Below, piece by piece: positions 46,147 to 56,398 of a stretch of 64,000 bases of DNA. How positions within the stretch are numbered: position 1 is the stretch's first letter; each line of letters opens with the position of its first letter. The position numbers and the translations under genes were made by a program. The stretch covers positions 5,797 to 69,796 of the forward strand of contig MHMT01000003.1 of assembly GCA_001819435.1 (NCBI GenBank). The letters are read 5' to 3'. Below the pieces are notes generated by a model. The model was not told the DNA's origin. It worked only from the letters and a program-made list of their open reading frames with translations, and ran no database searches. The DNA is from Candidatus Portnoybacteria bacterium RBG_13_40_8. Lineage in GTDB: Bacteria > Patescibacteriota > Minisyncoccia > RBG-13-40-8-A.

Positions 46147-47955
46147 ATGATTTCTTTATCTAAAAAAGGAAAAATTTTTTTGACCCTGCTGATTTCGGGC
46201 GGGCTTTTTATTTCTTTATGTTCCTTCGCCTCGGCCTTTGAAGCGGGGGATAAAGACACTTTTTATATCGATCCTTTCTATGATACAAGCGGGAGAAATC
46301 AGGTATCGGCTACCCTGAAGAATATTTCCGAAAAAGTATATTTTTACATAGAAGACGAATATTGGAGCGCACTTTCAAGTAATGACCAAAATTCTTATCT
46401 TGTTTTGATCGATAACATTGCCAAAGAATTTGATAACACGATTTATTCTTCGCTTCATTATATTTTTGGTTCCGAGTGGAGTCCGGGCATTGATAATGAT
46501 GAAAGAATAACCATCCTTTTAACCGATATTAAGGCTACGGCCGGAGGATATTTCAATTCAAAAGATGAATTTACAAAAAGCGAAGAATCTACCTCTAACG
46601 AACGAGAAATGCTTTATATAAACGCCACCCAGATTAATAATCCTTTAATGAAAAGTTTCATTGCCCACGAGTTTCAACACCTGATAACCTGGAACGAAAA
46701 AGAAAGAACGCAAGGATTGTTGGACGATGTTTGGTTAAATGAGGTGAGAAGCGAATATGCTCCAACAGCTGCCGGATATGACAGCGTTTTTTCCGGTACA
46801 AACCTGGAAAGAAGGATAGGCGATTTTTTGGCTAATCCCTTCGATTCTTTGACCGAATGGAAGGGGGATAGGTTTGATTATCCTCCGGTTAATATCTTCG
46901 GCCACTATTTAGCCGAACAATTTGGTGAAGATATTTTTTCTTTAATGCTTAAAAATAATAAAGTCGGGATTTATAGCGTAGAACAGGCCATAAAAGACAA
47001 AGGATTCAATTTTAATTTTTCTCAAATTTTCAATAATTGGACGATTGCCAACTATTTGAATAATTCTTCTTTAAGCGATGGCCGTTACGGCTATGAGAAC
47101 CCCTATCTTAAGGGCGCGATAAATGTTTCGCCCATAAATTATAGCATCGTTTCTACCAGCGTTATTAGTATTGCGCAAAACATAAAAGATTGGGCTCCTT
47201 ACTGGTATAGATTTATCAACAAACAAGATGCCGGAACGATTGCCGGAGATTTGGAAATAGAATTTGAAGGAGGCGTTGAAAGGGGAAATTTTAATGTTTT
47301 TTATATTATTGAATATTTTTCAAGGCCAACCCTAATTAACTCTCTTGTCCTATCTAATCAGAAAGGAGTTTTAAAAATTCCGGATTTCAAGAATGATATT
47401 GATTCGGTAACGATTATTGTTTCTAATCAGTTTAAAAAAAGCGGTTTTAACAGCAACGGAGAATCAAATAATTTTGTATTGTCTGTGGCCACCACTATTT
47501 TTGGAGAAGAGGTGCCGGAACCTCAGCCTCAACCAGAACCAAATCCCAATAAATTAGCCCGTCCAGAAGATTATGGTCTTAAAGAAGGAGATCTAATCAG
47601 GGCAGAAGGAGATTTTGACATTTTTATCATTAATCAGTACGGCTACAAGCGATTATTCCTTAATCCGACTATTTTCAATATGTATGGACATCTTACGGGC
47701 GGCTGGAAAGCGGTGAAAACCGTTAGCCCATCAACTCGAGACGCTTTTGTAACTTCCGGTCTTTACCGTTACGTAGATTCGCCCAAAGTCTATTTTCTGG
47801 AAGTCACCGGCGGAGATACGGGAATGCTTCACTGGGTTAATATAACCGCGAATAGCTTTCTGACCCAAGGCGGTAAATCCGAATCGATATTTACTGTCAA
47901 TAAATCCGAATTCAATTGGTATCCCAAGGGAGTAGATAAAAATTCACTGCAATGA
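46147..47955 (+). CDS. secreted zinc metallopeptidase-like protein (gluzincin HExxH...NExxSE)
   Basis: N-terminal signal peptide (LTLLISGGLFISLCSFASA). IAHEFQHL with NEVRSE 24 aa downstream. PEPQPQPEPNP linker precedes a C-terminal domain. Confidence 0.5.
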   Translation: MISLSKKGKIFLTLLISGGLFISLCSFASAFEAGDKDTFYIDPFYDTSGRNQVSATLKNISEKVYFYIEDEYWSALSSNDQNSYLVLIDNIAKEFDNTIYSSLHYIFGSEWSPGIDNDERITILLTDIKATAGGYFNSKDEFTKSEESTSNEREMLYINATQINNPLMKSFIAHEFQHLITWNEKERTQGLLDDVWLNEVRSEYAPTAAGYDSVFSGTNLERRIGDFLANPFDSLTEWKGDRFDYPPVNIFGHYLAEQFGEDIFSLMLKNNKVGIYSVEQAIKDKGFNFNFSQIFNNWTIANYLNNSSLSDGRYGYENPYLKGAINVSPINYSIVSTSVISIAQNIKDWAPYWYRFINKQDAGTIAGDLEIEFEGGVERGNFNVFYIIEYFSRPTLINSLVLSNQKGVLKIPDFKNDIDSVTIIVSNQFKKSGFNSNGESNNFVLSVATTIFGEEVPEPQPQPEPNPNKLARPEDYGLKEGDLIRAEGDFDIFIINQYGYKRLFLNPTIFNMYGHLTGGWKAVKTVSPSTRDAFVTSGLYRYVDSPKVYFLEVTGGDTGMLHWVNITANSFLTQGGKSESIFTVNKSEFNWYPKGVDKNSLQ

Positions 47956-47973
47956 GATTTTATTAAAGAGATT

Positions 47974-50382
47974 ATGCTTTATAAGCTTTTTGGCGATCCG
48001 AATAAGAAATACTTGCAGAAAATCCAGCCGATTGTTGAAGAAATAAACAAGCTCGAATCAAAATTCGAGCGTTTTTCTAATGAGGGGCTAAAAAATTTAA
48101 CCACTGAATTTAAAGCCAGACTAGAAAAAGGAGAATCGCTCGACAATATTTTGCCCGAAGCTTTTGCCGCGGTCCGCGAAGCAGCCAAAAGAACTTTGAA
48201 ACAACGCCATTTTGATGCTCAGTTGATAGGGGGAGTCGTTTTACATCAGGGGAAAATTGCCGAAATGAAAACCGGAGAAGGAAAAACCCTGGCCGCCACC
48301 TTGCCATTATATTTAAATGCTTTAACCAATGCGGGTGCTCATTTGGTAACGGTCAATGATTATTTAGCCAGGCGTGATACGGTTTGGATGGGACAAATTT
48401 ATAATTTACTGGGATTGTCGGTTGCCTGTATTAATCACGAAAATTCATATATTTACGATCCAGAATATAGCAGTCAAGAAAAAGATCAAATCAGAGATGA
48501 CCTGGGGAGCTTTAAGGTAGTTGAAGATTATTTAAGGCCGGTTTCGAGAAAAGAAGCTTATTTGGCCGATATTCTTTATGGCACAAACAATGAGTTTGGC
48601 TTTGATTATCTCCGAGATAATATGGCTTATGGCAAAGACGAATTGTCACAGAGAGGATTCAATTATGCGATTGTTGATGAAGTTGACAGCATTTTAATTG
48701 ATGAGGCGAGAACACCGCTGATTATTTCTGCCCCGGATATTGAATCAGCTGATTTGTATAAAAAATTCGCCAAAATTGCTCCTCAGCTGAAAGGAAATAT
48801 TGATTATACCATTGATGAAAAAATGAGAGCAGTAACCTTGACTAATGAGGGGATGGATAAAATTGAGAAAATTTTGGGCATGGGGAATATTTATCAGGAG
48901 AAAAGTATTCAGGTTATCCATCACCTTGAACAAGCCTTACGAGCCGAAGTTTTATTTAAGAAAGACAAAGATTATGTAGTAAGAAATGGCGAAGTAATCA
49001 TCGTGGATGAATTTACTGGTCGTTTAATGCCTGGCAGACGCTATTCCGGCGGATTACACCAGGCGATTGAAGCCAAAGAAGGAGTTGAGGTTCAGAAAGA
49101 ATCAAAAACCTTAGCCACGATTACATTTCAGAATTTTTTCAGAATGTATAAAAAATTAGCCGGTATGACCGGAACCGCCCTAACCAATGCTGAGGAATTT
49201 GATAAAGTTTATAAATTAGATGTAATTAGCATTCCAACCAATAAACCAATGATTAGAGAAGATTTAGCCGATTTAATCTACAAAAATGAAGCCGGGAAAT
49301 TTAAAGCAGTAGTTGAGAAAATAAGAGAATCTTATCAAAAAGGACAGCCAGTTTTAGTGGGCACGGTTTCCATAGAGAAGAACGAACATCTGGGGAGTTT
49401 GCTTAAAAGAGAAGGCATACCTTGCAATATTTTAAATGCTAAAAATCACGAAAAAGAAGGAGAAATAATTGCGCAGGCAGGCCAATCAAAAGCAGTAACC
49501 GTGGCCACGAATATGGCTGGTCGAGGAGTGGATATAATTTTGGGAGGAAATCCGCCGGATGAAAATAATGCCAAAAAAGTCAAAGAACTTGGCGGTTTAT
49601 TTGTTCTTGGCACCGAAAGACACGAAGCGAGAAGAATAGACAATCAATTGCGCGGTCGTTCCGGTCGTCAGGGCGACTCGGGGATGAGTCAATTTTTTGT
49701 TTCTCTGGAAGACGAATTAATGCAAAGATTTGGTTCAGACCGAATAAAGAACCTAATGGACACTTTCAAGATTCCCGAAGACCAGCCGATTCAGAATAAA
49801 CTGATTTCCAATGCCATTGAAAAGGCCCAGGCCAGAATTGAGGGATATAACCTGGATATCCGACATCATGTTTTGGAATATGATGAAGTGATGAATAAAC
49901 AAAGGCAGGCAATTTATAAAATGAGAAAAGACATCTTGTTTGCCAGCGACGAGGAAATACATAATCAAGTAAATGAGTTGATGAACGATGGGGAAATGAA
50001 AAATTATCAGGAAAAGCATAAACAAATTTCTGATAATGACAAAGCAAATTTAGAAAGATTTATAATGCTGAGAACTATTGATATGCTTTGGATGGAGCAT
50101 TTGGAGACAATGGAATGTCTGCGTGATAGTGTTAGATTGCGTGCTTATGGCCAGCGCGATCCGTTGGTAGAATATAAAAATGAAAGCCGAAGATTATTCG
50201 GCCAGATGATGGATGAAATTAATAATGCAATTGTAAATATATTAATCGGCGCAGAAATTCAAAAAAATCCAGCATCCCGGCAAAGGATTTCCGAAGTTAA
50301 ACCCACCAAAAACAAGGTTGGCCGCAACGACCCCTGTCCGTGTGGTTCAGGGAAAAAATATAAGAAGTGTCATGGAAAATAA
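47974..50382 (+). CDS. secA: preprotein translocase ATPase SecA
   Basis: GEGKTL Walker A, DEVDSILIDEARTPLIIS, TNMAGRGVDI, and the C-terminal zinc-binding CPCGSGKKYKKCHG. Confidence 0.95.
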   Translation: MLYKLFGDPNKKYLQKIQPIVEEINKLESKFERFSNEGLKNLTTEFKARLEKGESLDNILPEAFAAVREAAKRTLKQRHFDAQLIGGVVLHQGKIAEMKTGEGKTLAATLPLYLNALTNAGAHLVTVNDYLARRDTVWMGQIYNLLGLSVACINHENSYIYDPEYSSQEKDQIRDDLGSFKVVEDYLRPVSRKEAYLADILYGTNNEFGFDYLRDNMAYGKDELSQRGFNYAIVDEVDSILIDEARTPLIISAPDIESADLYKKFAKIAPQLKGNIDYTIDEKMRAVTLTNEGMDKIEKILGMGNIYQEKSIQVIHHLEQALRAEVLFKKDKDYVVRNGEVIIVDEFTGRLMPGRRYSGGLHQAIEAKEGVEVQKESKTLATITFQNFFRMYKKLAGMTGTALTNAEEFDKVYKLDVISIPTNKPMIREDLADLIYKNEAGKFKAVVEKIRESYQKGQPVLVGTVSIEKNEHLGSLLKREGIPCNILNAKNHEKEGEIIAQAGQSKAVTVATNMAGRGVDIILGGNPPDENNAKKVKELGGLFVLGTERHEARRIDNQLRGRSGRQGDSGMSQFFVSLEDELMQRFGSDRIKNLMDTFKIPEDQPIQNKLISNAIEKAQARIEGYNLDIRHHVLEYDEVMNKQRQAIYKMRKDILFASDEEIHNQVNELMNDGEMKNYQEKHKQISDNDKANLERFIMLRTIDMLWMEHLETMECLRDSVRLRAYGQRDPLVEYKNESRRLFGQMMDEINNAIVNILIGAEIQKNPASRQRISEVKPTKNKVGRNDPCPCGSGKKYKKCHGK

Positions 50383-50383
50383 T

Positions 50384-50806
50384 ATGCCTCAAAAGGGAGC
50401 AATGTTCATAATCTTGAGACCGGATGGCACGGTTCTTATGCAATTGCGTGACGCAAAAAGTAAATTTTATCCCAACATGTGGTGTTTTCCCGGAGGAGGA
50501 TGCAGTGGCGATGAAGAACCGATTGATACAGTGATACGCGAAGCGAAAGAAGAGTATGGTTTAAATTTAGAAAAAAGCACTTGCCGTTTTTTGATGGAGT
50601 ATCAACTACTTTTGCCGGAGAACTATTGCCCAACGGCTTATATATTTATTTGTCCCATCGATTTGGAGCAAGAACCAATACTAAACGAAGGCGTAGATAT
50701 GAAATGGATGAAAATTAACGAGATTAAAAAGATAGAATTAGGTTTTGAACAGAAAATTATTATCCCTAAATTAGAAGAATTTTTGCGGTTCAGGGAAAAA
50801 GTTTAA
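50384..50806 (+). CDS. Nudix hydrolase
   Basis: Nudix box GGGCSGDEEPIDTVIREAKEEYGL. Start set just after the secA stop (MPQKGAM...). Confidence 0.7.
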   Translation: MPQKGAMFIILRPDGTVLMQLRDAKSKFYPNMWCFPGGGCSGDEEPIDTVIREAKEEYGLNLEKSTCRFLMEYQLLLPENYCPTAYIFICPIDLEQEPILNEGVDMKWMKINEIKKIELGFEQKIIIPKLEEFLRFREKV

Positions 50807-50882
50807 AAAGCACCATGGAAAATAAAAAAAGCCACATGGTTTACCGGGTATTGCGTGGGTCCCGGGCCACATGGCTTTTTAA

Positions 50883-50908
50883 GATGTACGAGAATTATCT
50901 CGTACATC
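50883..50908. promoter_or_regulatory. perfect 10-bp inverted repeat (candidate operator) upstream of the dipeptidase-like gene
   Basis: GATGTACGAG-aattat-CTCGTACATC. A TTGTCA -35-like hexamer follows at 50931. Confidence 0.4.
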
Positions 50909-50966
50909 CATTATAGCAAGCCCACAGGATTTGTCAAGTCCCGTGGTAAGAAAATCAAAAAGCATC

Positions 50967-51548
50967 ATGAAAAGTAGAAAAACAAAAATAAAATTTGTTG
51001 ATGTGAAAAAATACGGGTTTATTACAGAACCGAGGTATTATTTTTGGGGATGGAGTAATTTTTCGAAAATTTTAGCACGGGATTCAGCTGTAAAAGCATT
51101 GGTCAAGGCAAAACGATTTTTACCAAAAGGACACAATTTTAAAATCTGGGACGTAAAAAGGACGTATAATATCCAAGCTGAAATGATAAAAAGCTTCAGA
51201 CGGAGATTAAAATTATTGCATCCCAAATTATCTAAAGCCAAGTTGGAGAAATTAGTTTTTAAATTCAGCGGCGGGCTGGGTAAATCAGTAAAGCGTTTGG
51301 ACACACACAGAAAAGGCGGTTCATTTGACCTGACAATTATTGATAAAAAATGTAATGAATTGTATATGGGAACTGACCACGATGATTTGACCAAAAAAGC
51401 AGCAACCGATTATTATGAAAATAAGCTACAGCTCAATTCATTGGAAAAGCAAGCCAAAAAGAATCGCAGATTGCTAAAGAGGGTTATGAAAAAAGCGGGA
51501 TTCGTTAATTATGCGGCTGAATGGTGGCACTGGAGCTACGACAAATAA
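50967..51548 (+). CDS. M15-family D-Ala-D-Ala dipeptidase/carboxypeptidase-like protein (VanX-like)
   Basis: DTHRKGGSFD (H-x-x-G-x-x-D zinc ligands) and C-terminal EWWHWSY as in VanX/DdpX. Start placed at the first ATG (MKSRKT). Confidence 0.5.
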   Translation: MKSRKTKIKFVDVKKYGFITEPRYYFWGWSNFSKILARDSAVKALVKAKRFLPKGHNFKIWDVKRTYNIQAEMIKSFRRRLKLLHPKLSKAKLEKLVFKFSGGLGKSVKRLDTHRKGGSFDLTIIDKKCNELYMGTDHDDLTKKAATDYYENKLQLNSLEKQAKKNRRLLKRVMKKAGFVNYAAEWWHWSYDK

Positions 51549-51553
51549 GCTTT

Positions 51554-51601
51554 ACCCTACACCAAAATTTTTGGTGTAGGGTTGCCAAATATTTTTTTTT
51601 G
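51554..51601 (+). terminator. intrinsic terminator
   Basis: ACCCTACACCA-aaatttt-TGGTGTAGGGT 11-bp stem with a T-run shortly downstream. Confidence 0.6.
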
Positions 51602-51635
51602 TTTTATACTAAAAAATCAATCTTGAATTAATTCC

Positions 51636-53048
51636 ATGGGGATTTTTTTAAAACGACAAAAATCAACTGAACGAGAAGGATTTCATGACCGACAAAAGAG
51701 TAAAATCCGGCTGATTATGCTGGGGATTTTTATTTTAACCATTGTCGCCGGCAGCTTAAATTATCCGAATTTATGGGATAAAGGAGTTGATTGGATAAAT
51801 TCCAATATTGGTATCAAAATTCCTCATTTTTATAAATTGCCATTTAAACTCGGCTTGGATTTACAAGGCGGTACGCATTTAATTTATGAGGCCAATCTTT
51901 CAACCATAGAAGCGGGCGAAAGAGATGCGTCTCTTGACGGGATTAGAGACGTGATTGAAAGAAGGGTTAATATTTTTGGAGTAGCCGAACCAACCATTCA
52001 AATAAATAAATCCGGTGATTCCTATCGTTTGATAGTCGATTTGCCGGGAGTAACCGATATTCATCAAGCAATTGAAATGATTGGAGCCACGCCTTATCTT
52101 GAATTCAAAGAACAAAGAGAACAAGCAGAGACCGATGAAATTTTAAAAAGACAACAAGAAGGCGACGAAGAAGCCCAAAAAATTGACCCTTATTTCACAT
52201 CAACTCAATTAACTGGTCGATATCTGAAAAAATCTCAACTGGCCTTTGACCAAACCACCAGCAAGCCTCATGTGGGTTTGGAATTTACCGATGAAGGTGG
52301 AAAAATTTTTGCCGAATTAACCAAGAATAATGTTGGTAAGATATTGGCGATTTATTTGGACGGGTTTCCGATCAGCGCTCCCCGGGTCCAAGAGGAAATT
52401 ACTGGCGGCAATGCCCAAATTACGGGCAGTTTCACAACGGAAGAAGCCAAAGAATTGGCTCAGCGTTTAAATGCCGGAGCTTTGCCCGTGCCGATTAATT
52501 TAATCAGTCAGCAAAATATCGGCGCCTCTCTCGGGCACGATTCATTGATTAAAAGCTTAAAAGCGGGGCTTATCGGCTTTTTGGCCATCCTTCTTTTTAT
52601 GGTTGTGTCTTATAGATTAAGCGGTTTTTTTGCTTCTCTTTCTTTGATTATTTATGTAATAGTTCTTTTGGCTTTATTTAAATTGATACCCGTTACCCTG
52701 ACCTTGGCCGGTATTGCCGGGTTTTTACTTTCTATGGGTATGGCAGTTGATGCCAATATTTTAATATTTTCAAGAACCAAGGAAGAAGTAAGGGAAGGAA
52801 GAGGTTTTTTTGATGCCCTGAATGTCGGAATTAAGAGAGCCTGGCCATCGATTAGAGACGGCAACTTTACTACAATTTTAGTCGGTTTGATTCTGTTTAT
52901 GTTTGGAACGGGTTTCGTCAAGGGTTTCGCCCTCACCTTGATTATTGGTAATTTGATTAATATGTTTTCAGCCATAGTTATAACAAACTATTTAATAAGA
53001 TTCTTTATAAAGGGTGGCGCAGGAGGTCATAAAAAAATTTGGTTATGA
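51636..53048 (+). CDS. secD: protein-export membrane protein SecD
   Basis: LGLDLQGGTHLIYEA SecD periplasmic-domain motif and a C-terminal 6-TM domain. Confidence 0.9.
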   Translation: MGIFLKRQKSTEREGFHDRQKSKIRLIMLGIFILTIVAGSLNYPNLWDKGVDWINSNIGIKIPHFYKLPFKLGLDLQGGTHLIYEANLSTIEAGERDASLDGIRDVIERRVNIFGVAEPTIQINKSGDSYRLIVDLPGVTDIHQAIEMIGATPYLEFKEQREQAETDEILKRQQEGDEEAQKIDPYFTSTQLTGRYLKKSQLAFDQTTSKPHVGLEFTDEGGKIFAELTKNNVGKILAIYLDGFPISAPRVQEEITGGNAQITGSFTTEEAKELAQRLNAGALPVPINLISQQNIGASLGHDSLIKSLKAGLIGFLAILLFMVVSYRLSGFFASLSLIIYVIVLLALFKLIPVTLTLAGIAGFLLSMGMAVDANILIFSRTKEEVREGRGFFDALNVGIKRAWPSIRDGNFTTILVGLILFMFGTGFVKGFALTLIIGNLINMFSAIVITNYLIRFFIKGGAGGHKKIWL

Positions 53049-53938
53049 ATATCTCATTTATAAAATATCATAAGATTCATTATTTTATTGTTGGGGCATT
53101 AATTATCGCCAGCGTAATTTGTTTGGTTGTTTTTGGTTTAAATTTGGGAATTGATTTTCTTGGCGGGAGTATTTCGGAGGTTAATTTCGAAAATAGACCG
53201 GCCAATACCGTAATTCAGGAAAAATTAAATAGTTTAAATTTAGGCGAAATTACCGTTCAGCCAACCGGCGAAAGAGGAGTCATTTTAAGATTAAAAAATA
53301 TCGACGAAAACACTCATCAGGAAATTCTTTTTAAATTAGGCGAAATTTCAAAAATTGAGGAAAAAAGATTTGAAAGTATCGGACCGACGGTGGGTAAAGA
53401 GTTAAGAGAAAAAACCATAATTTTAATAACCGTTTCACTAATTGCCCTGCTTATTTATATTGCCATTGCTTTTAGAAAGTTGAAATGGCCAATTTCAAGT
53501 TGGCAGTATGGCGTTGTATCGGTTATAACTTTATTTATAGATATTCTTATACCGTTTTTGGTTCTGGTAATTTTGGGCAAATTTTACAATGTTCAGTTCA
53601 ATATCCCGATTATCTCTGCCCTATTAACGATTTTGGGTTACACCATTAACGATAAAGTAATTATTTTTGACAGGGTTAGGGAAAATATTCTCAGAACCAG
53701 GTCTGATAATTTTTCTGATACCGTTAATTCCAGTTTAAATCAAATACTCGGCCGTTCCCTCGGTACGGGCCTTTGTACGCTTTTGGTATTATTTTCCATA
53801 TTTTTCCTCGGTGGAGAAACTTTAAAATATTTTTCTCTGACACTGATTATCGGGGTAATTGTCGGCACTTATACTTCTTTATTCATTGCCAGTTCTTTAT
53901 TGGTAACCTGGAATAGATTTAAAACAAAAGGTGCTTGA
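53039..53938 (+). CDS. secF: protein-export membrane protein SecF
   Basis: LGIDFLGGSISEV motif, 6 TM helices, overlaps secD. Confidence 0.9.
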   Translation: MVMNISFIKYHKIHYFIVGALIIASVICLVVFGLNLGIDFLGGSISEVNFENRPANTVIQEKLNSLNLGEITVQPTGERGVILRLKNIDENTHQEILFKLGEISKIEEKRFESIGPTVGKELREKTIILITVSLIALLIYIAIAFRKLKWPISSWQYGVVSVITLFIDILIPFLVLVILGKFYNVQFNIPIISALLTILGYTINDKVIIFDRVRENILRTRSDNFSDTVNSSLNQILGRSLGTGLCTLLVLFSIFFLGGETLKYFSLTLIIGVIVGTYTSLFIASSLLVTWNRFKTKGA

Positions 53939-54006
53939 CATTGTTTTTTTAGTATGATATATTAATTTATTGATAAAAATTAAATTCAATTTAACAGGGT
54001 AAAATT

Positions 54007-55059
54007 ATGGCAAAATCAACATCCACAAAAAATATTAATAAAACCTTATCTACCAGAACAGAAAAGGCATTATTGTTTTTGACAAATCCGCGAGTCAGAG
54101 ACGTAATTGAAAGAAGGTTTGGAATTAAAAACGGTAAAATTGAAACTCTTGAGGCAATTGGTCATGGTTATGGTATTACCCGAGAACGGGTCCGTCAAAT
54201 CGAAGAAAATGGCCTAAGAGCTTTAAAATCAGAAAGAGTTTTACCGTTGTTTGAGCCAGTTTTTGCATATTTGAATGATTTCTTTAATGAACACGGTAAT
54301 TTGGCCGGTGAAGAATATTTGTATTGTACTTTGACCAATACAAATGAATTTCATCCTCTGAGAGGCCAGCTTTATTTGGTTTTAACTATTGGTGACCCCT
54401 ATCAAAGAATAATTAATGATGAACGTTTTAACCCTTACTGGATAACCGATAAATCAGTCAGAAATGTAGCCGGGAAAGTGGTTGACTTTTTAATCGACCA
54501 TTTCACCAAGCAGAATAAAGTTTTTCACGAATCAGATATTTTAGATGTTTTGTCTCAAAAGCATTCGAATCTGTCACAAAAGATGCTTTGCGTTATATTG
54601 GATATTTCCAAAGAGATAAATAAAAATATCTTTGGTCAACTGGGCTTAACCTATTGGCCGGAAATTTCTCCTCAAGGAGTAAAAGACAGGGCTTATTTGA
54701 TATTAAAGAAAGAAGGGAAGCCACTTCATTTCACCCTGATAACCGAATTGATAAATAAAAGTGATTTTGGCGATAGATTGGCCCATACCCAGACCGTTCA
54801 TAATGAATTAATAAAAAGCCCCAAATTTGTCTTAACTGGTCGAGGTACTTACGCTTTGGCTGAATGGGGTTATGAGCCGGGAACTGTAGAAGAGACAATA
54901 GAGAAAATTTTAAAAACCAATAAAAGACCGATGACCAAAGAAGAAATATTGGAAGCGGTCTTATTGCAGCGTCAAGTTAAGCCAACTACGATATTGCTTA
55001 ACCTTCAGAGATCTCCCAAGACCAAGAAATTAGGTGATGGGAAATATGCTTTGGTTTAA
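54007..55059 (+). CDS. sigma-70 region-4 (HTH) domain protein with a ~270-aa uncharacterised C-terminal extension
   Basis: RVRDVIERRFGIKNGKIETLEAIGHGYGITRERVRQIEENGLRALK matches sigma70 region 4.2. No regions 2 or 3 are present. Confidence 0.5.
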   Translation: MAKSTSTKNINKTLSTRTEKALLFLTNPRVRDVIERRFGIKNGKIETLEAIGHGYGITRERVRQIEENGLRALKSERVLPLFEPVFAYLNDFFNEHGNLAGEEYLYCTLTNTNEFHPLRGQLYLVLTIGDPYQRIINDERFNPYWITDKSVRNVAGKVVDFLIDHFTKQNKVFHESDILDVLSQKHSNLSQKMLCVILDISKEINKNIFGQLGLTYWPEISPQGVKDRAYLILKKEGKPLHFTLITELINKSDFGDRLAHTQTVHNELIKSPKFVLTGRGTYALAEWGYEPGTVEETIEKILKTNKRPMTKEEILEAVLLQRQVKPTTILLNLQRSPKTKKLGDGKYALV

Positions 55060-55101
55060 TAATTAACATTAACAATCATATTTTTAGATAACGGTTATAA
55101 T

Positions 55102-56388
55102 ATGACTGGCGGATTGCCTGACATTTTCAATATTTATAAGGTAATACTCCTGGGCTATTGGTGGATTTGGCTACCGGTGGCTCTTTTTTTTATTTTAAGA
55201 ATGATGTGGCTGGATTATATCCGTTCCGAATATTTGAAAAGCATCGAGTGGACACTTTTGGAGATAAGCTTTCCAAGAGAGGCGATAAAAAGTCCCAAGG
55301 CGATGGAGCAGATTTTTAGCGGATTGCATGTCACAGAGAGAAAACTTAAATTTAAGGACAAATATATAAAAGGTGAACTTCCAACATGGTTTAGCATTGA
55401 AATAGTGGGCGATGGTGGAAGAATCAGAATATTATTAAGAACACCAGAGAAATATAGAAATTTAGTAGAGTCCCAAATCTACGCTCAGTATCCGGATGCC
55501 GAAATTTCGGAAACCCAGGATTATGTTAATGATTTACCATTCGGTATTCCCAATAAAGATTACGATATCTGGGGAACTGAGTTGATTTTAACTCAACCCG
55601 ATGCTTATCCAATCCGAACCTATCCTTTCTTTTTTCAGGAAAAAGAAATTGAAGAAAGAACCGATCCGATGGCTGGTCTTTTTGAGTTTTTAAGCAGTCT
55701 GAACTTCCAAGAACATCTTTGGCTGCAAATTTTGATTAGCCCTGTTGACGATGAATGGAAAAAAGAAGCAGAAAAGGTGGTTGGAAAAATTCTTGGCAAG
55801 GAAGTAAAAAGTTCCAAGAAGAGCGGGTCATTGATTATTAAAGAAGTTAGCGGTTGGCTTGACGCATTTTTAAAAGGAGTTACTGATTTTTTCACCGGAC
55901 CATCGACCAAGGCCGAGACCAAAGAAGAGAAAAAGGTAGAAAATTTAGCTGCTTATTTAAGCCCCGGTCAGAAAGAAGTGGTTTCGGCCATTGAAGCCAA
56001 TATTGCCAAATTAGGATTTAGAACAATGATTAGAGAAATGTATTGGGCCCACAAAGATGTTTTTTCCAAAGACAAGACAGCAGCGGTTGGCGGATTTTTT
56101 AAACAATTTAACACCCAAAACCTTAATGGTTTTAAGCCGAATAAATTGGTCACTCCGGGGCGGAGCAAAATATTCAAAAAACGTCGAGAACCGGGTCAAA
56201 AAAGATATATCTTAAGGTTATATAAAAACAGGCAATTTATTTTCCATAGACCCAGAAGAGGGTTCGTATTCAATACCGAAGAACTGGCTACTGTTTTTCA
56301 TATTCCTCTCAAATACGTTAAAGTGGAAAGAATTCCCAGAATTGAGGCCAAGAAAGGCGGACCACCCACCAGTTTACCCACTATTTAA
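55102..56388 (+). CDS. hypothetical membrane-anchored protein
   Basis: N-terminal TM segment (ILLGYWWIWLPVALFFIL). Immediately upstream of the coupling-ATPase gene. No family assignable. Confidence 0.3.
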   Translation: MTGGLPDIFNIYKVILLGYWWIWLPVALFFILRMMWLDYIRSEYLKSIEWTLLEISFPREAIKSPKAMEQIFSGLHVTERKLKFKDKYIKGELPTWFSIEIVGDGGRIRILLRTPEKYRNLVESQIYAQYPDAEISETQDYVNDLPFGIPNKDYDIWGTELILTQPDAYPIRTYPFFFQEKEIEERTDPMAGLFEFLSSLNFQEHLWLQILISPVDDEWKKEAEKVVGKILGKEVKSSKKSGSLIIKEVSGWLDAFLKGVTDFFTGPSTKAETKEEKKVENLAAYLSPGQKEVVSAIEANIAKLGFRTMIREMYWAHKDVFSKDKTAAVGGFFKQFNTQNLNGFKPNKLVTPGRSKIFKKRREPGQKRYILRLYKNRQFIFHRPRRGFVFNTEELATVFHIPLKYVKVERIPRIEAKKGGPPTSLPTI

Positions 56389-56398
56389 TCAATGAATT

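Noticed and set aside
50806-50880. Possible terminator after the Nudix gene (GCCACATGG direct repeat, CCGGG/CCCGG stem)
   Set aside because: Only a 5-bp GC stem is supportable. The GCCACATGG copies are direct rather than inverted. Not convincing as an intrinsic terminator.
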